Assembly: GCA_965223545.1 (NCBI GenBank)
Contig: OZ245006.1
Location: forward strand, 1,152,001-1,216,000
Origin: Planctomycetota bacterium
GTDB taxonomy: Bacteria > Planctomycetota > UBA1135 > UBA2386
Direction: 5' to 3'
Length of the DNA: 64,000 bases
A program made the translations under genes and the position numbers. The notes beneath the pieces are model-generated. The model did not search any database, was not told where the DNA came from, and saw only the letters and a program-made list of their open reading frames with translations. This document shows, piece after piece, positions 33,186 through 44,100 of the stretch (positions are counted from its first letter, which is position 1; every line of letters begins with the position of its first letter).

Positions 33186-33782
33186 CTACCGGTGGCGGCG
33201 GGGCAGCCGGCGGATCAGCTCGCCGGCGACCTCGGTGGCCGCCGCGCGCAGCCGGCCGGTGCGGTCGCGCGGGGCCGGACCGGAGCCCCCCGCCTTGACC
33301 TCGCCGTGCACTCCCCCGGACCACAGCGCCTCTGGCTGGGCCGGCGCCTTCATGGTCAGCTCGGCGGCAAAGCGGACGACGCCCGTCGCCATCAGCGAGC
33401 TGGCGTCCCACCGGGTGATGCGCACCGCCAGAACGGCATCCTCACCGAACCGGCCACCGACCGACTCGAGCCAGCTGGCATCGAGCACCGAAACCGCCGC
33501 CGGCGCGGCCAGCTCCCCGGCGAGGACGTCGTCGACCATCGCCGGCGCCAGCGGCGCGTAGTAACGCTGCACCAGGGCCCGGGCGATCTCCTCGCGCAGC
33601 GCATCGGTCACCACGCGGGCAGAACCATCGGCGGTCGCGTCCTCGACGGGCAGCACCGCGATGTCGGCGGGGTTCGTCGACAGCAGCTCGGAGGACGTTT
33701 CCAGCGAGGAGAAGACGCCGCCCGCCGGCGTCTGACACGCCGCCGCGACCAGCAGCAAGAGCACGGATGGGGCTTTGGCCAT
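33186..33782 (-). CDS. Lipoprotein, DUF799/GNA1162-like (IAVLP) fold
   Basis: Lipobox 'LLVAAAC'; 'DIAVLPVEDAT', 'DAVL.V.ITRWD', 'LWSG'. Confidence 0.6.
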   Translation of the reverse strand: MAKAPSVLLLLVAAACQTPAGGVFSSLETSSELLSTNPADIAVLPVEDATADGSARVVTDALREEIARALVQRYYAPLAPAMVDDVLAGELAAPAAVSVLDASWLESVGGRFGEDAVLAVRITRWDASSLMATGVVRFAAELTMKAPAQPEALWSGGVHGEVKAGGSGPAPRDRTGRLRAAATEVAGELIRRLPRRHR

Positions 33783-33853
33783 GAGGACTGTCGCCACAGT
33801 AGCCACCTGCCCAACTCGACTCCAGCCCGCTTCGCCCCTTCCGGCGCCCGGGC

Positions 33854-34516
33854 TCACGCCCAGGCCCGGGCCGAGCGCGCACAGGACTCACAGTGGCCGC
33901 ACGGCTCGGGGCCGCGGTCGTAGCAGCTGAACAGATCGGCCGGCACCAGGCCCTGCCGGCGCGCCACCGCGACCATCTGCCGCTTGTCGAGGTCGGCGGT
34001 CGGGGCGCGCACCTCGACTGCGGCGCGGGTGCCCAGCGCCAGCGCCGCGGTCATCGCTTGGGTGAACTCGACCGTATTGTCCGCGAACGTGGCGGCCTCC
34101 TCTCGATTGAAGCCGGCCAAGACCACCCCGACCCCGAGGGCCTCGGCCCAGGCCGCGCCGACCGACAGCAGCACCACGTTGCGGGCCGGCACCCAAACCG
34201 CAGCGGCGCTCATTCCGTCACCCAGCGCCTCGCGACCTGGGCGCGGCAGCGGCGCCGCGCCCTCGATCAGGGCACTGCCCGCGCTCCGCGCCGCCGCACC
34301 GAGCCAGGGCAGCGATACCGGCTGCCAGCGTAGCCCCCACCGCGATGCCAATCGCTCGGCGGCGCGCGCCTCGGCGGCGGCGGCGCGCTGGCCGTAGTCT
34401 GCGGTGACCACCATCTCGACTTCGCCGCCGCCCTCTCGCCACAGGAGCAGGGCAACGGCCGAGTCCAACCCGCCCGACAGCAACGCCACCGCCCGGCGAT
34501 CGCGCGCCGGGTTCAC
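33854..34516 (-). CDS. queC: 7-cyano-7-deazaguanine synthase QueC family
   Basis: PP-loop 'LLSGGLDS', 'DYGQRA', 'VWVPARN', Zn site 'SCY....PCGHCESC'. Confidence 0.88.
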   Translation of the reverse strand: MNPARDRRAVALLSGGLDSAVALLLWREGGGEVEMVVTADYGQRAAAAEARAAERLASRWGLRWQPVSLPWLGAAARSAGSALIEGAAPLPRPGREALGDGMSAAAVWVPARNVVLLSVGAAWAEALGVGVVLAGFNREEAATFADNTVEFTQAMTAALALGTRAAVEVRAPTADLDKRQMVAVARRQGLVPADLFSCYDRGPEPCGHCESCARSARAWA

Positions 34517-37401
34517 GGCAGCGACACGGACACCGAGATGGCGGACCCGCGCGCGTAGGCGACCTGCCCGCGGCGCACTTCCTCGAACACCAGGGCCTGC
34601 GCCGACATTCGCGTCGAGAAGAAGACGTGCGCCTCACCGACCACGCTCCAGGCGCCCGCGACCAGCCCGGTGAGCGGGGCCGGCAGCTGCGGCAGCTGCA
34701 CCGTCCGCGCCCCGAGCGCGCCGTCCTCATCCAGCCGCCAGAGGCTCCAGCGCCGGCCGCCGGCATCGGTCACCGTGAGCTCCTGCCACCCCAGCAGCTG
34801 GCCCAGGGCGGTCGGGTCGAGCCGGTCCTGGTAGGTGATCGCGGGCTCGCCGCTGCTGCTCGACGGCGCGGTCACCGATGGAATCCCGATCGGCGGCAGC
34901 GTCGGCACGGTCTGTCCGGTCTGCACGTCGACCAGCCGCCGGTGGCGCGACAGATTGCCGCTCTGGTCGACCGCCTCGGTCGACACCATCAGCAGCGGCG
35001 TGAACGGCGTGAGATTGAGGGCCGTCGTCAACGAGTAGGTCGCGTTGACGTCGTAGACGCCACCTCCGGCACCGGTCGCAAAACCGACGCCGAACAAGCT
35101 GGTGCCGCCGAACCCGGCGAGACTGCCCATCAACCGCACCACCGGCGGCTCGAGCAGATTGGCGAGATCGAGTCCCGTCGCGGTGCCGAAGTCGACGGTA
35201 TACGGAGCCGCCAGATTGAGCGTCGTCAGCGTCGCCGGCAGCAGTGCCAGCGCGGCGGACGCAGTCGCTCCGCTGTCGACCGGCCCCAACGGCATCGTGG
35301 GCGTCAGTCCGTCCGGCCCGCACAGCTGGCATGCGTGGTGGGCGAACGTGGGCAAGGACATCGGCTCGAAGCGGCCGGCAAACGCGTTGACCACCGCCAG
35401 CCGATTGGCGCGGATGGCCGTGCTCGGAATCGCCGTCGGTTGGCCCGCGCTCGTGGCCAGCGCCTGCTGGGTCGGATCGTCGATCAGATTGCAGCCGATC
35501 AACGCGGTGTCGCCGACGCTGGCGGCGAACGCGACCGCACCATCCAACGTCGCCGTACCGCCACCGATCGGGCGCAACGGCAGAGAGACGAACGCCGAAC
35601 CCGAGTCCAGCAGGGTGCGCACGTCGTAGCCCGGGGCCACGACGGTCATCGTGTGGCTGGCCGCGGACAGTCCGGTGAACGACGCGCGCCCGTTGGCCGC
35701 CGTCGTCGCCGTGCGCTGCCCCACCGCCGGCGCCATCGGCAGCCCGGGCTCGACGATGACGACCGCGCCCGGCACCGCCGCCATCGTCACCGCGTCGTAC
35801 GCCTCGACGGTGAGACTGCCACCCGCGACCGAGCCCCGCATCACGCCCCGGGGCACGATGCGGCCGGTGACTGCGCTGGCGGCGAGGTTGCCGGCGGCGT
35901 CGGTGATCGACAGGGTGTAGTCCAGCGCCAACACGTTGCGGCCCAGGTCGATCGGCGTCATCACGAACTGGCCGGCGTCGTTGGCGGCGAACATCGGCAC
36001 CATCGCCCCGTTTGCGGTCAGCGTGGCCTCGCCGAGTCGCTCGGACGCCAAGCCGTAGAAGACCGCGGACTCCTGATCCGAGAACAGGTCGAGCTGCGCG
36101 ACGCCACCCGCCGGCGCACCGGCGCCGACCACCGTCGGCAGCACTGTGTCCTGCAGCGTCGGGTTGCCACCCGCCGACGTCACGAAGCCGGAGCTTCGCC
36201 TGCCTCGCACCAGCTCGACCGCCAGGGTGAGCGGACCGTCATCGAACCGCGGCTGCGCCAGCGTGCCGAGCGCGCCGGCGAAGTCGAGAGTGACCGTCTG
36301 CGCGCCATCGGCAGTCAGCGTCGCGTCGCGCTCGACGAACGCGACGTCGTCGGGATCCTCGGTATCGGAGTCCAGTCCGTAGATCCGGCCGACGAGCCGA
36401 TCGTCGGCGCGCGCCGACGGATCGAGGACGACGTCGACCGCGAGGTTGTCCAGATTCGCGCGGTTGACCCGGTGCTCGAAGCCGGCGGTGAAGTTGCCGA
36501 CCGAGACGCTCTGCGGCGCGAGGTGGGCCAGAGTGGAAAACCGCGAGAACGGCCGGCGGCCACCGAACTGCAGCACACCACCGGCGCCGAACAGGATGCT
36601 GCTGTCGACGAACAGCTCGTAGTCGCGGGCGCCTTCCAGCGCGCTGTCCGGATCGAACCGGAGTACGCGGGTGTCGGGATCGACACCGTTGGTGAACGGA
36701 AAGGTCGCATCGCCGGAGACGACGGTGCCGAACGCGTCGCGCAGCTCGGTGCCGGCCAGCGCGGAATCGCCGTCCGGCGCCTTGTCGAACACGACGAAGA
36801 CCGGGGTCTCCCGGCTCTGGTCGACGGCGGCGTCGCGGGGCAGCACCTCGACGATGCGGCCGTCCTCGTCGGCGGGATCCTGGTCGACGAAGAAGCTGGC
36901 GACCGGGTCCGGCTCGGTGCCGCCATAGGTGACCCCGTCGACGTCGCGCACCGACGGATCGACCAGCACCTCGTAGGCGGTGTCGACCGGCAGCGCCGTC
37001 ACCGGTCGCAGCAACACGACGGTGTCGCCGAGCAAGAACTCGTAGGTCACCGGCACCGGCTGCCCGCTGTCGGCATCCACCAGCTGCACGCCACCAGTGG
37101 TCGGTCCGGACCCGGGACCCGGCACGCCGGGCAGCTGCGCGGCGACCTCGACGGTGTCGCGGTTGACGGATTCGCTGAAGGACACGACCACCGGGGTCGA
37201 TGCGGCAATCGCCGATCCGGACGGCACGGCCGCGACCACGCGCGGCCGGGCATCCGCCACGATGCCCCCCGCCGGCATCACCTGCACGTTGGTGCTGCCG
37301 GCCCCCGTGCCACCACCGCCGTAGACGCCGACGACGTTGTCGCAACCGGTGGCGGTCAGGAGAAGGGCGGCAAAGATGACCGGGAGAGAGCTGCGCATCA
37401 T
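34513..37401 (-). CDS. Large lipoprotein with Ig-like (Big_5/SbsA-type) and carboxypeptidase-regulatory-like domains
   Basis: Lipobox 'LTATGC'; 'PVVVSFSESVN...VLLRP...L...T.YEV.V...VRDVDG' Ig-like repeats; 'ITDAAGN'. Confidence 0.7.
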   Translation of the reverse strand: MMRSSLPVIFAALLLTATGCDNVVGVYGGGGTGAGSTNVQVMPAGGIVADARPRVVAAVPSGSAIAASTPVVVSFSESVNRDTVEVAAQLPGVPGPGSGPTTGGVQLVDADSGQPVPVTYEFLLGDTVVLLRPVTALPVDTAYEVLVDPSVRDVDGVTYGGTEPDPVASFFVDQDPADEDGRIVEVLPRDAAVDQSRETPVFVVFDKAPDGDSALAGTELRDAFGTVVSGDATFPFTNGVDPDTRVLRFDPDSALEGARDYELFVDSSILFGAGGVLQFGGRRPFSRFSTLAHLAPQSVSVGNFTAGFEHRVNRANLDNLAVDVVLDPSARADDRLVGRIYGLDSDTEDPDDVAFVERDATLTADGAQTVTLDFAGALGTLAQPRFDDGPLTLAVELVRGRRSSGFVTSAGGNPTLQDTVLPTVVGAGAPAGGVAQLDLFSDQESAVFYGLASERLGEATLTANGAMVPMFAANDAGQFVMTPIDLGRNVLALDYTLSITDAAGNLAASAVTGRIVPRGVMRGSVAGGSLTVEAYDAVTMAAVPGAVVIVEPGLPMAPAVGQRTATTAANGRASFTGLSAASHTMTVVAPGYDVRTLLDSGSAFVSLPLRPIGGGTATLDGAVAFAASVGDTALIGCNLIDDPTQQALATSAGQPTAIPSTAIRANRLAVVNAFAGRFEPMSLPTFAHHACQLCGPDGLTPTMPLGPVDSGATASAALALLPATLTTLNLAAPYTVDFGTATGLDLANLLEPPVVRLMGSLAGFGGTSLFGVGFATGAGGGVYDVNATYSLTTALNLTPFTPLLMVSTEAVDQSGNLSRHRRLVDVQTGQTVPTLPPIGIPSVTAPSSSSGEPAITYQDRLDPTALGQLLGWQELTVTDAGGRRWSLWRLDEDGALGARTVQLPQLPAPLTGLVAGAWSVVGEAHVFFSTRMSAQALVFEEVRRGQVAYARGSAISVSVSLP

Positions 37402-37516
37402 GGTGGTCGGCCCGCCGGCAGGCCGGGGCGCGTGGGAAGAGAGATCGAGCCGGGGCGCCCTGCGCGTGCGCCAGACGTTCCCGGCCACTCCGCCGCAGAC
37501 GAAGCCGGCGCCGATC

Positions 37517-38131
37517 TTATTCCCGCGGACCCGAATCTCCCACCGCGGCGGCGCCGATCAGCTGGTCGAGGGCCATTCCGACGCCGCGCGACAGGCCCCG
37601 CACGACGTCCTCGGGCAGATCGCCGTCGACGGGCACGTCGCCGCCGAACTCGCCATCGACGACCACTCGGCCCGAGCGCACCTCGGTCAGGGTCAACCGC
37701 AGCACGGCACGCGCCACCCAGCGGCCGTCCAGGGCGGTCTGCTGCAGCTCCAGCACCCGGGCGCGCAACGACCAGTCCGCCGCACGCGCATCGACCGCGG
37801 CGACCACCGCGCCAAAGACCCCGGCTCGCTCGAACCCGGTGAGCAAGGCGTCGTGCACCACCTCCTCGACCGGCGCCACCCAGCGGTGGAACCGATAGGG
37901 CTGCAGCCCCACCGGCCCGTTGGCGACCTGCAGTCCGTCGCCGCGAAGATGCGGCGCGACGCCGACGCGATCCAGGACCAGGGTGCCCCCCAGGGGCTGT
38001 AGCCCATCGACCGCTGGCCGGGGCGGCAACGCCAGCCGGTAGTAGCGCTCGTCGGGGACGGACACGCCACCGCACGCCGCGCACGCCAGCAGCGCGGCCA
38101 TGGCCCGAACCACCGCCGTCGTCGCCCGCAT
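37517..38131 (-). CDS. ABC-type transport auxiliary lipoprotein (PqiC-like)
   Basis: Lipobox 'LACAAC', 'RYYRL', 'PYRFHRWVAP', 'L.ARVLELQQ'; TGATG-coupled to the MCE gene. Confidence 0.78.
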   Translation of the reverse strand: MRATTAVVRAMAALLACAACGGVSVPDERYYRLALPPRPAVDGLQPLGGTLVLDRVGVAPHLRGDGLQVANGPVGLQPYRFHRWVAPVEEVVHDALLTGFERAGVFGAVVAAVDARAADWSLRARVLELQQTALDGRWVARAVLRLTLTEVRSGRVVVDGEFGGDVPVDGDLPEDVVRGLSRGVGMALDQLIGAAAVGDSGPRE

Positions 38132-39192
38132 CACCGCCCACCTCCGCGCGGCGCACCCGGCGCCAGCTCGACGGCGGCCTCGCCGAACAGCAGCGCCGAC
38201 GGCGCCGCGCGCAGCTTGCGGGCCAAGGCCGACACCTCGGCGAGCGTGCTCTGCGCGCCGAGGATCACGCGGTGAAGGGGGCCGCGGACGTCCCCCATCG
38301 CTTCCTGCAACCCGACCAGCACCGCCGCCAAGCGCGGCTCGAGCGTCGCCAACCGCTCGGCAGCCAACCGCCACGCCGCCAGCGTGCGCGGCACGGCGTC
38401 GCCGCGCACCAGCGCGCCGGCATCGGCAGCCGCGCGGCGCAACTCGGCGGCGGCCGCGGTCACCTCGGCGACGGCGGCCCGCGCCTCGACGAACGTGCCG
38501 CGCAGCTCGGGGAGGACGGCGGCGACACCGCGATCGAGCTCGTCGAGGCTGCGACCGAGACGGTCGGGCAAGGCGCGGGCGGCCACGTCGACACCTTCGA
38601 TCAGCCCGGCCAGCTGGGCGCGCTGCTGCGGTCCGGCCAGCGCGCGCGCGGCCGCCACGAGCTCGCGCGCCTCGCCGATGAACGCCGACACCTCGGTGAG
38701 GACGTCGGGCATGTTGCGCGCCAGCTCGGTCAGCGGCGACGGCTGCACCGGAATCACCGCCCCTGGCTCCAGGGCGGCGACCTGCGGCCGATAGCCCTCC
38801 AGCTCGACCGTGACCTGGCCGGTGACCAAGGCGCGATCGAGGCGCCCCCGCGTCACCTCTTGGATCGACGCCAGCGAGCGGTCGACCTCGACCTCGACGA
38901 CCGTCTTCCCCTCCGCGAAGCGAATGTCGGTCACCGCGCCGACCGGCACGCCCTGAAAGTTGACCTTGGAGCCGACGACGAGCCCCTTGACGCTCTCGGC
39001 GAACCGCAGCCGGTACGACGCCCGCTCGCCCCCGACCCGAAGACCGACGACCACGACCAGCAACGCCGCCAACAGCACGCCGCTGCCGCAGAGCAGCAGG
39101 CCGACCCGATACCGCTGCGCGTGATTCCAGCTCCGATGCAAGGTGCCCCCGCATCCTGCATCGTCCGCCGTCGCCGCCGGGCTGCAGCGCAA
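38131..39192 (-). CDS. MCE/MlaD family protein with helical extension
   Basis: TM 'VGLLLCGSGVLLAALLVVVVG'; MCE 'F.ESVKGLVVGSKVNFQGVPVG.V.DI'; start uncertain. Confidence 0.85.
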   Translation of the reverse strand: MRCSPAATADDAGCGGTLHRSWNHAQRYRVGLLLCGSGVLLAALLVVVVGLRVGGERASYRLRFAESVKGLVVGSKVNFQGVPVGAVTDIRFAEGKTVVEVEVDRSLASIQEVTRGRLDRALVTGQVTVELEGYRPQVAALEPGAVIPVQPSPLTELARNMPDVLTEVSAFIGEARELVAAARALAGPQQRAQLAGLIEGVDVAARALPDRLGRSLDELDRGVAAVLPELRGTFVEARAAVAEVTAAAAELRRAAADAGALVRGDAVPRTLAAWRLAAERLATLEPRLAAVLVGLQEAMGDVRGPLHRVILGAQSTLAEVSALARKLRAAPSALLFGEAAVELAPGAPRGGGR

Positions 39193-39217
39193 CCGACGCC
39201 GACCGCGGCGGCACCCT

Positions 39218-40021
39218 TCAAACGTCCGACGTCGCCAGCGGCACGTCGAGCGAGAAGCCGCCCTCGTCGGTCATCCGCCGCTCCAGGAAGCCGCGGATGG
39301 CGGGCTCGGGCGCGTTCCAAACCGTCTCTTTGTCGCCGACTGCAGTGATCCTGCCGTCGAGCATCATCGCCACCCGATCGGCGATCGCATAGGCGGAGGC
39401 CAGATCGTGCGTGACGACCACGGTGGTCACGCCGAACACGCGGTTGAGCTTGGCGATGAGGTTGTCCACCTCGGCAGCGGTGACCGGATCGAGACCCGCG
39501 GACGGCTCGTCCAGGTAGAGGATCTCCGGATCGAGCGCCAGCGCCCGCGCGATCGCGACCCGCTTGGTCATGCCCCCCGACAGGTTTGCCGGCAGCAGCG
39601 CCGCCGCGTGCAGCATGCCGACCATGTCCAGCTTGAGCCGCGCGGTCTCGGCGACCAGCGCCGCGGGCAACGCCGTGTTCTCGCGCAACGGCAACGCGAC
39701 GTTGTCGAGCACGCTCAAGCCACCCAACAACGCCCCGCCCTGGAACGCCAGCCCGGTGCGCAACCGCTGCAGCCGCAGCTCGTCGTTCGGCATCGCGTAG
39801 AGATCCCGTCCGCCGACGAACACGCTGCCGGCGTCGGGCGGCTCGAGCCCGCACAGATGCCGCAACAGCGTGGTCTTGCCGCAGCCGGACGGCCCCATCA
39901 GCACCGTGATCTTGCCGCGCCGCACCGCGAGGTCGACGCCGGTGAGCACCTGCCGCTCGCCGCGGTACGAGGACACCGCGATCGCGCGCACGTGGTCGGC
40001 CGAGGCGGCGGATGCCTTCAT
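39218..40021 (-). CDS. MlaF/Mkl-type ABC ATPase
   Basis: 'GPSGCGKTT', 'LSGGMTKRVAIARALALDP', 'DEPSAGLDP', 'VVVTHD'. Confidence 0.92.
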   Translation of the reverse strand: MKASAASADHVRAIAVSSYRGERQVLTGVDLAVRRGKITVLMGPSGCGKTTLLRHLCGLEPPDAGSVFVGGRDLYAMPNDELRLQRLRTGLAFQGGALLGGLSVLDNVALPLRENTALPAALVAETARLKLDMVGMLHAAALLPANLSGGMTKRVAIARALALDPEILYLDEPSAGLDPVTAAEVDNLIAKLNRVFGVTTVVVTHDLASAYAIADRVAMMLDGRITAVGDKETVWNAPEPAIRGFLERRMTDEGGFSLDVPLATSDV

Positions 40022-41109
40022 CCCAGCAACCACCGCTGGCCAGTGACACACAGCGAGTCCAACACGATCACCAAGAAGATCGCGGTGACCACCGCGTGCG
40101 TGGTGGCCCGGGCGACCCCGGTGCTGCCCCCGACCACGCGCAGGCCGAGGGCGCAGCCGACGACGCCGATGGTGATGCCGAACACCACGGCCTTGAACAA
40201 GCCGATGAGGAAGTCGTCGAGACCGACCGCGGTGCGGGTCTGCTCGAGGTAGGCGCCGACCTCCGCCGCGCCGACCGCGACGGCGAACAGCGCGCCCCCT
40301 GCGATCGCGGCCGCGTCGAAGGCCAGCGCCAGCACGCCGGCGGCGATCGCCAGCGCGACGATCTTCGGCACCACCGCGAAGCGGAGCGGGTCGACCGCCA
40401 TCTGCCGCAGCGCGGTGATCTCCTCGCTGATCACCATGGCACCGAGCTGGGCCGCGTTGCTGCCGCCGGAGCGCGCGGCCAGCACGACGGCAGTCATCAG
40501 CGGCCCGATCTCGCTCACCACCGACACGCCGACCATGTCGGCGACGTAGATCTCGGCCCCCCAGACCCGCAGCTGCACGAACGCCTGCATCGCCAGGACC
40601 AGCCCCAGCAACAGAGCGATCAACAGGACGATCGGCAGCGCGCCGACCGCCGCGGCATCGAGCTCGAGCACGGTGCGATCCCAGCGCACGCCCTGCCCGC
40701 GCCGCGGCCACAAGCACGCGGCGAAACACCGGCCCGCCAGCGAGACCACGTCGCGGGCGGCGTGGCACAAGGGCTCGACCGCCGCGCCCACCGCCACCAC
40801 CAGGTGACGGCGGCCACGCCGCAGCGGCGGCTCCAGCAGGCGGCCGACCGACACCAGCGAGAAGAACTCGGTGGCCTCCGGCGGCAGCCGCCCCAGCTGC
40901 AGGTCGACGCCGCGCCGGCGCGCGTCGCGAATGCCGGCGACCAGAGCGGCCATGCCGGCGGTGTCGAAGTGCTGCACGGTGCCGAGGTCGACCACCAGCC
41001 GGGGCGGCGCCCCGTCCGCCGCCGTTGCCGCTGCCAACACCTCGGTAAAGCCCGCCGCTGCATCGCGGTCGAGCCGCTCGGGTGCGGTGATCACCGCTGA
41101 TTCCGACAA
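40018..41109 (-). CDS. STAS-MlaE fusion ABC permease
   Basis: N-terminal STAS 'VDLGTVQHFDTAG'; MlaE 'EIGPLMTAVVLAARSG...AQLGAM.ISEEI.AL', 'VARATTHAVV'. Confidence 0.9.
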   Translation of the reverse strand: MSESAVITAPERLDRDAAAGFTEVLAAATAADGAPPRLVVDLGTVQHFDTAGMAALVAGIRDARRRGVDLQLGRLPPEATEFFSLVSVGRLLEPPLRRGRRHLVVAVGAAVEPLCHAARDVVSLAGRCFAACLWPRRGQGVRWDRTVLELDAAAVGALPIVLLIALLLGLVLAMQAFVQLRVWGAEIYVADMVGVSVVSEIGPLMTAVVLAARSGGSNAAQLGAMVISEEITALRQMAVDPLRFAVVPKIVALAIAAGVLALAFDAAAIAGGALFAVAVGAAEVGAYLEQTRTAVGLDDFLIGLFKAVVFGITIGVVGCALGLRVVGGSTGVARATTHAVVTAIFLVIVLDSLCVTGQRWLLG

Positions 41110-41169
41110 CCGACCCTCCGTCTCCGTCTTTCGGCCGAACGCCCGCCGCAGCGCGAGGCGAAACCCGGA

Positions 41170-44100
41170 TCAGAGGTGCGCGCGCAGGTGCCGCGCCAGC
41201 ACTTCGACCTGCGGCGCCTCGAGGATTCCCAGGTGGTCGCCGGGCACGTCGTGGCAGGCGAGCTCGCCGCGCACCCAGGCGCGCCAACCACCGTCCGGCG
41301 GCACGTCGGCGCCGTAGTTCACCAGCTCGTCGGTGGCGCGAAACACCACCACGTCACCGTCGTAGGGCTGCATGTCGTAGCGCTCCCAGGCCGCGTCGTA
41401 GACCTCGGCCCGCAGCTGGCGCAGGTTCTCCATTCTGGCCCGGAGGTCGACCGCGGTGGCCGACCGGCGCCGCCAGCGCTGCGCGACCCCGTTCCAGGCC
41501 GCGCGCAGGCCGCGGAGCAACCGGCGGGCCGCCGAGCGGCGGCCGGTCTCCAGCAGCACGTCGAGAATGGCGACGATGTGCACGCGTTCGCCCCGGGCCC
41601 GCAGCTGACGCGCGACCTCGTAGGCGAGCACGCCGCCAAACGAGACGCCCACCAGCCGATACGGGCCGTTGGGCTGCTTCTGGCGCACCGCGTCGGCATA
41701 CCCGCGCGCCATCTCCACGACACTCGGCACGACCCCCGGCTGTGCCAACAACTCGGTCTCGATCGGCAACAGCACGCCGTAGACCGCGTGACGGTCGGCC
41801 AGCTCGCCGGCGAGCCCGCGGTACAGGTTGATGCCACACACGCAGAACACCGGCGCTTGTCCCTCGTCGCCGGCGAGCGGCACCACGAGGGTGCTGCCGA
41901 CGTCCTCGCCGAGGTCGATGCGGGCCGCCTGCGCCGCCAGAGTCGGCGCATCGAAGACCAACCCGAGGTCGAAGCGCGTGCCGCAGGTGTCGTTGATGCG
42001 CGCCACCAGCTCGGCGGCCAGCAGCGAATGGCCGCCCAACGCGAAGAAGTCGTCACCGCGCCGCACGCTGGCCAGGCCCAGGACCTCGCACCAGAGCTGT
42101 GCCACCATCGCCTCCACCCCGGTGTGCTGCTCGGCGTCGTTTGTTTCGGCGGTGCCGAGCTCGAGGGTCAACGCGTGGCGATCGATCTTGCCGTTGGGCA
42201 GCAGCGGCATCTCCGGCAACCAGAGCCAGTGCTGCGGCACCATGTACTCGGGCAGCCGCTCCGCCAGCTGCGCCCGCGCTCCCGCAGTGTCACCATCGCC
42301 AACCAACCAGGCGACCAAGCGACTGTCGCCGGCGCGCAACGAGCGCACGTCGACCGCGCAGACCGAGACCGCCGACAGCGCCGCCAACGCCGCCTCGATC
42401 TCGCCCAGCTCGACGCGGAAGCCACGCAGCTTGACCTGGTTGTCGACGCGGCCGTGAAACTCGAGCCCGTGCGCCGTGTGCCGTGCGAGATCGCCGGTGC
42501 GATACATCACGGCGTCACCGCCGGCGAACGGGTCGGCGACGAATCGCTCCGCCGTCAGCTCCGGGCGGTCGTGATAGCCGGGACACACGCCGGCCCCGCC
42601 GATGTAGAGCTCGCCGGCCACCCCGACCGGCACCGGCCGCCGCCGCGGATCGAGGACGTGCATCTGCAGGTTGGCGATCGGCCGGCCCAGCTGAATCGGA
42701 GCTGCGGCGTCGACGATGCGCGCGCAGGAGCACCAGACCGTGGCCTCCGTCGGCCCGTACATGTTCCACACTTCCGCGGCGCGTTCGAGCAGCGCCCGCG
42801 CGAGCTCGGCGGGCATCGCCTCGCCACCGCACAGCACGCGACAGTCGGGCGCGCGCCAATCGGCGCCGACCAACATGTGGAACGTCGCCGGCGTGGCCTG
42901 CAGCACGGTGGCGCCGACGTCGTCGATCAGCGCCGCCAGCCGCACGCCGTCGGTGGCGACCGCCCGCGGCACGACCACCAGGCGCGCGCCGGCCACCAGC
43001 GTCGCCCACAGCTCCAGCACGTGGATGTCGAAGCTCAGCGTGGTGATGCCGAGCACGGTGTCGTCGGCCGACAGCCCCGGTTCGCGCAGCATCGCCGCCA
43101 AGAAGTTGACGACGCCGCCGTGCGGCACCGTCACCCCCTTGGGCACGCCGGTCGACCCCGACGTGTAGATGACGTAGGCCAGTGCCTCGGCGCCGACGGC
43201 GGGCAACGCGCGGGCCGGCCCGGCGATCGCGGCCTCGATCGCGTCCGCCTCGGCGTCGAGCAGCAGCCGCTCGCATTGCACCCCGGCCAGGCGATCCACG
43301 ACCGCGCCCGCGGTCAGCAACAGGCCGATGCCGGCGTCCGCCGCGGTGAACTCCAGCCGCTCGCGCGGGTAGGTCGGATCCAAGGGCACGTAGGCCGCAC
43401 CCGCCGCCAACACACCGAGCACGCACACGACCGTGTCGGCGGTGCGCGGCAGACAGACGCCGACCAGCTGCCCCTCGCCGACTCCGCGCTCGATCAGGAA
43501 GCTCGCGAAGCCGCGTGCCCGGCGCGCCAGCTCGGCGTAGGTGTAGCGCTGCTCGCCACACTGCAGCGCGACCGCGTCGCCGCGCCGCTCGCAGACGTCG
43601 AGCACCCAAGCGCTGACGCTCGGCCAAGACGGGGTCGGTGCTGTGGTCGCGTTGTAGGTTGCCAGGAAGGCGCGGTCCTCCGCGGCCAACAACGGCAGCT
43701 CGGCGACCGCCTGCGAGGCGGCACCCACGCCCGCTGCCAACGCGGCGGACCAGCTCTGCAGCAGGCGGTCGGCGAAGGCCGGCGCGAACAGCTCGGCTGC
43801 GTAGACGAGCTCGGCCTCGCCACCGTCGTGCCAGCGCCGCACCCGCAGCGCGACGTCGACCGTCGCGCCGCCCGGGGGCACCGGTAGCCACCGCCCCTGC
43901 CACTCCCCGATGCGGTCGGGCGGGGCGCGATCGCTCCACTCGAAGGCGGCCTGGAACAACGGTGCGCGGCTCGCATCGCGGCCACGCGTCAACGCGGAGA
44001 CCAGCGCCTGCACCGCCACGTCCGCGTGCCGGCGGGCCGCCGCGGCGGCCGCCGCGACCGCGGCGCAGTGTTCGGCGAAGCTGGCGTCGGGATCCACGGC

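Noticed and set aside
33854..34516. QueC as part of a Qat/CBASS/Dpd defence system
   Set aside because: No TatD, ATPase, cyclase or DpdA neighbours.
34627..37842. 1071-aa plus-strand ORF
   Set aside because: Antisense shadow of the Ig-like lipoprotein.
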